DNA from: Mizuhopecten yessoensis
Lineage: Eukaryota
Assembly (NCBI RefSeq): GCF_002113885.1
Contig: NW_018408744.1
Location: forward strand, 59,965-123,964
Direction: 5' to 3'
DNA length: 64,000 bases
The position numbers and the translations under genes are program-made. The notes beneath the pieces were generated by a model. That model did not search any database. It was not told the origin of the DNA and saw only the letters and a list, made by a program, of their open reading frames with translations. Positions 43,021-53,713 of this stretch are shown here, piece after piece (within the stretch, counting starts at the first letter, position 1; the number at the start of each line of letters is the position of its first letter).

Positions 43021-43170
43021 GGGTGGTCGGGTGGTGCAGTGGATAGCGCACTTGCCTTTCACCAAGGCGGCCGGGGTTCGATTCCCCGATCGGACGTGAA
43101 AAGGTTGGGGTCACCTGCCCGACCACGTGGGTTTTCTCCGGGCACTCCGGTTTCCTCCCACACTAAGACT
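43021..43170 (+). mobile_element. tRNA-derived V-domain SINE (3'-truncated)
   Basis: Pol III A box tggtgcagtgg (43032-43042), B box ggttcgattcc (43075-43085), and V-SINE core gggttttctccgggcactccggtttcctcccac (43129-43161). Confidence 0.85.
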
Positions 43171-45828
43171 TTAATCAATCTCTAAGGCGAGGACAGCTTG
43201 AACCTAGATAAAGTTCTTGTTCTCAGATGTAACGTTTTATCATCAAACCAATTTTTAAGAGGTTCGAATCCATACAACACATATACATGGAGTTGCTGTA
43301 TAAATCCTTTTATGTGACTTTAATTGTGGTCAAACAATTACTAAAGGTTTAACATTAACGTAACGCTGTTCTCCAACTTAAACCCGTCGGATGTCAGTCG
43401 TTCGTTCAAGCGTGCCATTTGCGGCAGGTTCCGGTATGAACAATGTGTCTACATGACCACATTTCCTGTGTAAAAGGTGTACTTAGCCAGTTAACGCTAG
43501 TCAATATTAGCCGATACAGTGGTCGCTCGCCCATGTAATTCCATAGTAATACCTAATGGACGCGCTGTGTCATTCAAATGGTTCCTTCTCCACAAATATA
43601 TACCGAGTATTGTACTTAACAAATTAACATATCTATTCCCCGTAGTGGTTTGTTTGTCAAACGAGGCGTTCTGAAGCTTTAACCGATATGGGGTGTCTTC
43701 CAGTCAATAGTTGGCAGGCAAATTTGTGACATGTGTAGTGTAGCTAGGCACATCAACGATCGGGAAACATAATGGTTCGGTTTAAATACTGGATTAGGTG
43801 TCAAAATATCGTAAAGGATATTCTTATTACGGCATCTACAGTTCAAAATATTGTGCCAAGCATCCTTGGAATCAAAAAACATTATCTGTCTTGGGTAGGA
43901 TTGGTGCGCCTACTAAGGAAATCTGAGACAAGTAATTTATCTTACCTATAAGAAAAGGATTATTTTTAAATAGAAGCGGAGAGTTTTGAGTGTCGCTTTT
44001 GTCGAGGTTTCTATTGTGTCACCAGTAATACTACACCCATTCAATGTGCAACGGGTAATTGCTTGATATTTCCAACTTTCAATTTGATACATGTACATGT
44101 CATCTGATTCCGTAAATCGATGAAAGTATATTGGTGTAGTGACAACATCATATATTGACATACATTAGTGTGATGGTAATATTGTAGTGACGACAACATC
44201 ATTGTAATCCATGTGATGACATACATCATTACTAGGATTGCTATTAATGATTCGATGGCGTGGAGGACAACGGGATAGTGGTGGAATATATATACCTCAC
44301 TGAAATTAAATGACAATCAAAATAAAATAGGTCGTTTGTTATAGTAGATATACTCTAAAAAGCTGACTATTCCGTGCGTGCTTCCTTTCAATGGGAGGCA
44401 CTTTGCACATCAGGACAGCATAGACAACACGAGGTCATCAACTGGAACGGACTGATCAGCTCAGTGCCATGCATGATTGGCCAAACCCTATACACCAAGT
44501 TCTCCGTTGTATAGCTATAGGTAGATTACACTAATCCACGAGTACGTGAATACACTGTACATAACGTGTAAGTTCTTACTATTACAGGGATTAAAATAAC
44601 GGGCCAACGATGACAGTTCGAAAAAGAATTAAAACTGCCAATACCTCATCTTTTGAATCGTACTGTACGTTTTTATATTATGAGTGTACGCGTTTTCCAT
44701 CTATAAGCAGAGAATGGAGTGTTCGGGTGTTTATTACTCATTAAACATATAGCTAACTACACATGGGACTGAACAACATTTCCTCGCTAGACCTGCCATT
44801 TTGACGAGGAAGCCATCATGAAATAAAACAAGGTTAAGATTTACAGTGTCCCTCATCGCGTCAAACAGACACAGACAATGAGAAAGAAAGGTTGACGTTA
44901 GCGGAGGAAAGGTTTGAACTAGCTAAGGAAAGGTTGGAGCCAGAAGAGGAGGGCTAGAGCTAGCGGAGGAAAGGTTTAGGGAAGGAAAGGTTTGAACTAG
45001 CTAAGGAATGATTGGAGCCAAAGGAGGAAGGTAGATGCCAGAGGAAGAAGGTAGAAGCTAGCAGAGGAAGGTTGGAGGTGGCGCAAAAGAACCGCTACAT
45101 ATGCCTGTGAAAAGAGCAATCTTGGGCATCTACCGGAGCAGTGAATGTATCTGCGATCATATTTGTAACTTACGCGGAACATGGAAACAATAGATCACAG
45201 GACGGCTTACCGAGTGCCTTCGTTTAGTAACTTAATATCATGGCACAGATACAGGACTTCAGTTAATCAAATTACATACAAATGTACTTGGTCAGATTGG
45301 AGGTGAGTTCTGATACACATTGGGTCGATTATTAATTAGCAAAATGAGTGTCTTAATGAAGGAAACACTAATCTTACATACAAATGTCGCGCTGGATATC
45401 TACTCGACAGACAATTCAAACCCATTTTAGACATGCACGGATCCCGATGATCTCTGTGATAACTGGATCTTTAAAACGAATCGAAGTCGGGTTATTTAAA
45501 AACACATGTTCAACAATGTAAAGGAATATATTGGAAATATACCAGTAACACATTTGACATACACGAACAAAACCGAATAGTTTAGTGAATTTACTAACAC
45601 AGGTGTCCTTCTAATTTAAAACCGTCCTCTATTTAGTTTTATCTGACTTGACAGAATACACCTATTTCCATTGGAGTGTGAAAATCTAACCACTGCATAT
45701 ATACCGACTAACACCGTCATATATGTACATATTTAAGAAACACTTGAACGAAAAAACAGATAAAACATTAAAAATTGATATTCGCTTATAAATTTGAATA
45801 AAAAGTTTTTAGAAATGAATTGTCTTAC

Positions 45829-45962
45829 CTGGTTTTGTATAGGTGTAATTTCCCCTGTTTGTCAGGTGTTAGCGACACAACGGTAGCTATAGAGGGCTGA
45901 TCCAGGTAAGGTCTAATTCACGGAGACGCTCGAACAGCATGGCGACGGGTAACCAAGGACGC
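45829..45962 (-). promoter_or_regulatory. Candidate RFX/X-box-rich promoter and non-coding first exon
   Basis: Strong minus-strand donor CCAG|gtaaga at 45829/45828. Clustered X-box-like sites ttagcgac, cacggagac, catggcgac and gtaaccaaggacgc within ~100 bp of CpG-richer DNA. Confidence 0.35.
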
Positions 45963-47200
45963 TAAGGCCACGGACTTAGTCAATAGTCGACTGATTAATA
46001 GAGCCTATTGGAACAATATATACCGGCCCACGATTAGTGTGTTAATCTCATAGGACGAATGCTGTGTGTGCCGGAATCTACTGTGTGTTTAAAACTATTG
46101 CACCCCTTCAAAGTGTAATATACGGTACAGATATCGTTAACCGAAATTGATTTTAAATGTTTGAGCGTTTAAGTTGAGCAATCCGTTACGTTTATCCCCG
46201 TTATGTTCGATCGCGTAACATGTTATCGGAGGTACTTAAGCACAATCTTAAGTTGCTAACGAAGAAAATATGCACTCCTAGACGGCAACGTGGAAAAAAC
46301 AGTCAGTTACTTAATATATCTTCCGTTTACTTTTTCAACTGTAGACTTAGCACCTCGGAATAACCTGTCGCTTGACATTACTGCATTGACTTAAAACATT
46401 CTTTTCAACGTCTGACAATTTTATGGCAGGACACCCATTACAGAAAACTTGCTCCCGGATTTTTACTGCATTGGAAATGAAAAAAGATTAATAGACGTGT
46501 CGCGTGGTGGCTTTAATTGGGAAATTGAAAAAGTTATTTTAGAGTAAACGGTTTACATTTGGATATAGACACAATTATATTGGATAAATGGAGCTTATGC
46601 AAATAATCTCACCATTGACACTGGGGCCGTAAAGATTTTTAAACGTTTCCCCCAAACACAGAAGACATGACCACACCAAGACCAGCTGTACCTATCTGAT
46701 GACACACAGCTTAAGTTTTAAAACGATTTCTTTTCCAGAAAATTACCTCAAATTCAAATATTTTTACTCCTTCTTTCCAGAAAAAGATTTTGTAGAAAAC
46801 ATGAGTGTGTCAATGCATGTACATTGTATTCTACAGAACTGTGTTTAATTGTAGCGGTAAGAACGTCTCTCGGTTAAAGTTTAACACGGCAATTATAACG
46901 GAAACGAATCCTAGATGAGCGTTTTAGCTGGTAATTCTGACGGAAAAAGATTAGATTACCATTTTACCCCGATAAGAACGTATACCTTATCACCTTTTTA
47001 CTCAGTAATTCTGACAGATAAGAAAAATCTTTCATAACCAATTTACCTGGAAATTGTGATTGACAAGAATGTACACAAGGTTACCGTTTTACGCAGTTGT
47101 TTTATTATCATAATAAGAGTTATATACTCTATATGTAAATATTTACGTACTGATATTTGCAATTTAAAAATGAATGTGTACCCCACATCTGTCCACATTA

Positions 47201-47445
47201 GGGCCCGTATTCATGAAACGATTTTCATGCTCAAACTCATGCCCACATTTTGTGCTAAGCCAGACTTTTTGTTCTGGTGAGAAAAACGTTTTTGTATCAA
47301 TGATTTGTAAGAATTTTGGAGACACCTCAACCTGATGACTGTTTTAAATGTTGATCATTTTTTTTCACCGTCACGCGTGATTTGAACGAGTTGCAAGAAA
47401 TAGTTTGAGCACAGAATCCATGCTTGAGCTCATGAATACGTGTCC
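47201..47445. mobile_element. MITE, PIF/Harbinger-like termini
   Basis: gggcccgtattcatga (from 47201) versus tcatgaatacgtgtcc (to 47445), plus an internal tgctcaaact / agtttgagca inversion. Confidence 0.55.
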
Positions 47446-47748
47446 TGGTATATGTATCGAACCGAATCTTGAACATACCAAAGACTTGTCCATCATACTT
47501 GCTCGTGCATTTATAGCAAATATAAACACAGTATTGCTATAGTATAATTAAATACAATACCAGAATTAGTTAAGTACTGTGTCGTAATGAATATAGTCTC
47601 TAGAAATTAATTTAAAAATATATTACTCATACATGTAGAATGTTAAACAAGAATGTTGTGTATGAACGAATCCATATGAGGTATCTTTTGCTTTTTTTTG
47701 GTGTATGCAAAAACGGTTGAAGATACACTTGACTAACCAATATTTAAG

Positions 47749-48987
47749 AAATAATCAACATATATGCGTGTATTATGGAGGAATATATAACGAGGGTGAA
47801 AAAATGTTGGTAATAATAATTAACGAAGGCCACTTCGGTTCGGCCTGAGTTAATTATTTTTCCAATATTTTAGAATCCCGGCCTTCGTTTATTTATTTTT
47901 ACCAACATTTTTTCACCCTCGTTATATATTCCACCATAATGCACGCACATAAGTTGATTATTTTTATTCTACCACGTCAAATGTAACTTATTGTAAAGTT
48001 TTTGCTGTCTTATAAGACGACATGACCTAGATAATTCGATATGCAAATTAGACGCTGTAATTTGCGCGTGCAAGATTTATCACGTGATCGTCATGCCTCG
48101 TTTTAACTTGATCAATGTCGCGCCAACATTTCTCAGTGCGTAGGGTTGGGATTCCCTGATTGTGTTTACTTCTAAAACCATCATCATCGTACCGATACCA
48201 TGCGGATTTTCTTGGAAGTGCCAGTGATACAACCTCATACGATAGGCCTGACATGAGTTGGCATATTTAGTTGGTTGCCATGACGTGATGGAAAGTCGCT
48301 GACCGGCTGATCATGACGCGACCTTCACCTTCACCGACTTCACCGGACAGCTGTGTTTTGCAACCACTGTTCAGACCGATGCTACTCTTTGCAACATTAC
48401 TCTTCATACACGGTATGTACACTGTAGGCGAATGTTCGACATCACTTTGATTTTTTGAAAGCAGACGACGTTTTGCAGACCAGAAACAACTGAACACGTT
48501 TGACGTCAGATACATGTACGATGTTTATTTCAATCAATCAAACATTGGCATGCTATCCACATCGTTCGTCAAAACATGAAATCAACGCTTGACAGTACAT
48601 ACACACACTGCACACATCGTGAAATGTACGGCACTACCCAGTGAAGTAAAAACAGAAGTAATTGATAATTTACCATTTTGTCTTCAGACCTGTACATTTT
48701 AAATGTCAATAATTAAAAAACCAATTTCATTGCACTGACCCACATACTTTAGGTCTATAGATCCGCGTAATCTTTTGTATGTGAGGCCTGTCAAATATTT
48801 TGATCCCGCCTGACAGTTATGCTTTTTTGTTAATTCATGACAAAATACGGGGAGGTTGTTGGAACAGCATGCGTGCGCACTATTTCACGTACATCGGTTA
48901 TTGGCACGCGCATGGTATATCGCTCAATAATGCACTCTTTTTAACCAATGAAAACCGTCGTTACATCACAGACGTGGTAGAATTAAA
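47749..48987. mobile_element. ~1.24 kb fold-back element (terminal palindrome plus short IR pair)
   Basis: ~83-bp arms at 47749-47831 / 47880-47963, then ttttattctaccacgtc (47962-47978), a 16/17 inverted match to gacgtggtagaattaaa (48971-48987). Confidence 0.72.
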
Positions 48988-49667
48988 CGTAGTGCATGTA
49001 TTGGTACGATTTATAGCCACATTATTGTATATACGACTGACAATACATACACACCGTGTGTGGACGCCACGACGTTTGTGTAATCTGTACACATTGATTG
49101 TTGTTCACAAACAAATCCACGTGTGAAAAGGTACACACAAGGTGTTTACGTATTATATTTGTGGCTAATCAAACTTTGTGCAAACAAAAGGTGATCCTTT
49201 CTACTATCGGCAGTTCCGGCGAATTACGGAATTTAACACAGTTTTTGGATGAGCAAGGCTCAAATCGTGGTCAACTTATGTATATTTATTATTACTGTGT
49301 AATCAACTATCAACTACTAAAGGGAGTTGAGAAGAAAGGAAAACTGAACACCAATAAACAGTTATATGTATGAGTTTCTTTGATTTATATATAAGCGTAT
49401 ACCTGTCTATACTATATTAGTAAGGTATAGACTTGGTGACATCCTAGACACGGCTATTTTATTATGTTCATTAAATATGAATGGCATGAGCTTGCGCGCC
49501 GTTATAAATGAAGATTGGAACTATTGTCACGGCACGATTGATCTGGAATCAAATTACTGTCACATCGATTAGCAGGATATTGATGTTTGCGTATCCTTGT
49601 CAACATACGGGCACTTCATATACTACAGAGAAATGTGTCAGTCATTCGTCCTTACTAGCTATACCTT

Positions 49668-50050
49668 GTAAGTCTTGACCCGAAATCAACAGAATGACAA
49701 AAGTCTCAGCCCAGGGGTCATATTATTGACTGTCAAACTCGGGGCTTGCTTCAAGCCAAGGGTTAAACTTTCAAGAATATGTCCCTGACAGTTGAGCTTT
49801 CTCTGTTGATAACCCTTACTGTAGGAAACATTTTTTTCGAATACTAGCACTTATATTTTCCAAAATAATCATAATCAGCATTTAAACGTCCTCAGATTTT
49901 TACTGTAAATGTGACTGCACATACGACGTACTCCATCCCGTCGACAGCTTATGACGTCAAATTCTATTGTTCCCGTAACGTCATCTTATTGTTTGTTTCT
50001 GGTGTTTTATGGTGCCAAGCAGCCAGAGAGCGCACGCGAATGTCAGGAGG
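49668..50050. mobile_element. Degenerate fold-back element inserted after the first unit of a minisatellite
   Basis: Imperfect palindrome 49668-49819 (atcaacaga...ggcttgcttcaagcc...tctgttgat). One orphan array unit at 49648-49668; the array resumes at ~50052. Confidence 0.55.
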
Positions 50051-50051
50051 A

Positions 50052-51830
50052 ATCCTGGTCCTTGTCAGTTATACCTTGTTCCTCATTAGTTATACTTTGG
50101 TCATTACTATAGCCATATCCTGGTCCTTATCTGTTATACATCGGTCCTTACCAGTTATACTTTGGTCCTTACTAGCTATATCCTGGTCCTTACTAGTTTT
50201 AAATCGGTCCTTAACAGTTATACCTTGCTCCTTACTAATTATATCCTTGCTGGTCTTTAACTGTTATACCTTGGTCCTTACCAGTTTTACCTTGGTCCTA
50301 ACTAGCTATATCCTGGTCCTTATCAGTTATACCTTAGTCCTTATTAATTATATCCTGGTCCTTACCTGTTATACCTTGGTCCTTACCAGTTATACATTGG
50401 TCCTAACTAGCTACATCCTGGTCCTTATCAGTTATACCTTGGTCCTTATTAATTATATCCTGGTCCTTACCTGTTATACCTTGGTCCTTACCAGTTATAC
50501 ATTGGTCCTAACTAGCTACATCCTGGTCCTTATCAGTTATACCTTGGTCCTTATTAATTATATCCTGGTCCTTACCTGTTATACCTTGGTCCTTACCAGT
50601 TATACATTGGTCCTAACTAGCTACATCCTGGTCCTTATCAGTTATACCTTGGTCCTTATTAATTATATCCTGGTCCTTACCTGTTATACCTTGGTCCTTA
50701 CCAGTTATACATTGGTCCTAACTAGCTACATCCTGGTCCTTATCAGTTATACTTTGGTCCTTATTAATTATATCCTAGTCTATACCTGTTATACCTTGGT
50801 CCTTACTAACTATATCCTGGTCTTAACCAGTTATTTGGTCCTCAGTATTTGTACCTTGGTCCTTATTAGTTATACATTCGTCCTTACTAATTATATCATA
50901 GTCCTTACCAGTTATACCTTGGTCCTAACTAGCTACAATGTATATCCAAGTCCTTACGCGCAGTACATTGGACCTTACTTATTATACAATTGTCCTTACC
51001 AGTTAAACATTTGTCCTTACCTGTTATACATCGGTCCTTACCTGTTATACATCGGTCCTTACCTGTTATACATCAGTCTTTACTAGCTATATCCTGGTCC
51101 TTATCAGCTATAACTTGGTCATTACTTACTATATCCTGGTCCTTATAAGTTATACATTAGTCCTTACTAATTATATCCTGGTCCTTATTAGTTATACATT
51201 GGTCCTAGCTAGCTACATCCTGGTCCTTATCAGTTATACCTAGGTCCTTACCATTTATACCTTGGTCCTTACTACATGTAATTATATCCTGGTCCTTACC
51301 AGTTATACCTTGGTCCTTACCTGTTATACCTTGGTCCTAACTAACTCTATTCTGGTCCTTACCAGTTATATGTTTGTCCTCAGTAATTAAATACCTGTCC
51401 TAACCAGTTATACCTTGGTCCTTACCAGTTAAACTTTGGTCCTCAGTAATTATATCCTGGTCCTTACCAGTTATACATTGGTCCTTACCAGTTATACCTT
51501 GGTCCTTACCAGTTACACATTGGTCCTTACCAGTTATACCTTGGTCCTTACCAATTATACATCGGTCCTCGCCTGTTATACATCGGTCCTTACCTATTAT
51601 TCTTTTGTCCTCAATAATGATGTCCTAGTCCTTACCAGTTATACCTTGGTCCTTACCTGTTATACCACGGTCTTTACTAATTTTATTCTGGTCCTTACCC
51701 GCTATACCTTGGTCCTTACTAATCATATCCAGGTCCTTGTGTGTAATACCCTGGTCCTTACTACATGTCCACTGTTTTTAAACATTGATTTTTGTTAAAT
51801 TGAGCTTCACTAGCTATATTGTGGTCCTTA
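50052..51830. repeat. 21-bp minisatellite (~80 units) with a 105-bp higher-order repeat
   Basis: Unit ggtccttaccagttatacctt. A five-variant block repeats ~5 times in ~50260-50800. Confidence 0.95.
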
Positions 51831-52383
51831 CTTGTTTTTTGTTGTGTGGAAATGTCGTAAAATGGGTTATACATGTATTAAAGAAGTTCCAGGATTGTAG
51901 AATAACCAAAGCGGAACGACTCTTCGATTTCATCAAATCGATAAAATCTCGGTACAGATCTAGCAAAGTAAAGAGTGATTTATGTTAAGAATAAATCTTT
52001 ATTTATTGATATAAACTTTCGTTGTTACTTTGCTATAGACACGTCTCATGCATAATAAAATACCACTTTTATTTTTACTGCTTACGATCTCCAGAAAATC
52101 AATAAATTCAAATTAGCCACTGGCAGCTTTCAATTTATAATCTATGAGACTATGGTGATAATTTCACTATGTGTTTTACGGAAATCAAAGATTTATCGCG
52201 CGAAGACCATTTATGTGTCAAAATCAATTGATTAGTGGAAATGGAGGTTAAAAGATTTACAAGAGCACAAAGTTCAGTAATATACATGTGTTCAGTAATA
52301 TACATGTGCAAAAATTGTATCAAAATAAGATGAACCTGAACTGTGAAAGCGGACAAGGTGTTTCTGTGTTAACTGGTAACGCT

Positions 52384-52448
52384 TGGTTTAGGTTGGTTGG
52401 TTGTACAAGGTTTAACGAACAATCAACAGCTAAGGTCATTTAGGGACG
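52384..52448 (-). mobile_element. SINE/LINE 3' tail fragment
   Basis: The reverse complement reads ccctaaatgaccttagctgttgattgttcgttaaac...(aacc)n, matching the tail at ~2488-2540. Confidence 0.6.
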
Positions 52449-52701
52449 TAATTGTTATAGGGATTGACTCTAGATCTCTTTGCACGTATGATTCAATTCA
52501 TGGCAGAAGACTCAGACTTGCAAGGGATTCAGAATGGTTATTAACAGTCGCAAAACCAGGTGATAATTGTCACAAAATTATACACAACAACCTAATTTTA
52601 TTATATGGATATATCTTCATATCATTAATCTCACCACAAACACCAAATCGCGAAAGATGTCGACAACATTTTGAGAATATTCGTGTTCACATTTTAATGT
52701 A

Positions 52702-52776
52702 TACAGATAGGCAAATAGAACATAATAGGTCCCTGTTTATACAGATAGGCAAATAGAACATAATAGGTCCCTGTTT
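52702..52776. repeat. 38-bp tandem duplication
   Basis: tacagataggcaaatagaacataataggtccctgttt occurs twice. Confidence 0.85.
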
Positions 52777-53713
52777 TGGCCGGCATAAAACGTGTACAGC
52801 CACAAAGGACGAGAAATGCAACAGTGTCAAAACTGTTGGAGCTGATGATATAGCCATAGACTTGGACTAGCCCCCGGTCTTATAGAATATTCCTTTTCTA
52901 TTTCACAAATCCTTCTTTTTAACAAAATGTTAATAATTATCTGCATTTTTATAATTCATTGAGAAAATCCTTGGAAAATAATTTCCCGTTGCAGTTAGAA
53001 ATTACTAACATAAAAATTACAGCCAAGGAGTACAGACGATACACACGCTGCTTATGTCAACAAAGTCTCCTTGAAATGTAGAATTATGCTTGTTTATTAT
53101 TTCTGGCTAGTGGAATAAAGGGGGAGAACTCATTTGTTTTCTTCGGGGCAAAAGGCTGAAACCTTCTCTGCATGTTTAGCCTGAAAATCACATCATCAAT
53201 CCACTGACTACTGACTGGTGCCCTCTCGTTAGACATTTAGTCTTAAGCAGCACACAATTGTTTTTTTTGCATATTGTTGAATGAGACTGTAAAATATTTG
53301 GCATTAATCGGAAGTGCTCATAACCCTTATCACGTTTCTAAAACCCTGTCGGATCCGGAGAGAAAACGAGTTTTGAAAACTGAGTATTGTGGTTATATTT
53401 AGAGGCAGACGAACACAATGTACCACATAAAATTCTAACGCAGAACCTTAAAACCACAGGATACATATCACATGTCATATAACACTGTACCGAAACAGGA
53501 TAACTTGAAAGGAAACAATCAAATTCATTTCAGTAACCTCAGAAGTGCTTAAAAGATTTTAACAAAACGAAAATCTTGTAAACTTTTAAAAAACTGCAGT
53601 ATTTTTCAAATCTTTAATAAATACTTTCTATGGGTTTTTTTTTATAATAAGAAAATTGAATTCTGGAGGGAGACTCAACTCTTTATCTTCCAATAGCACT
53701 GTATATTCGTTCA

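Noticed and set aside
43021-43095. tRNA gene
   Set aside because: It has A/B boxes but no clean acceptor stem and runs directly into a V-SINE core, so it is a SINE head.
43946-44316. Short minus-strand ORFs with Cys/Tyr content
   Set aside because: No recognisable domain and no consistent splice partners.
49911-51798. 391-aa hydrophobic ORF resembling a membrane protein
   Set aside because: Translation of the 21-bp array (LVLTSYT)n, starting at GTG.
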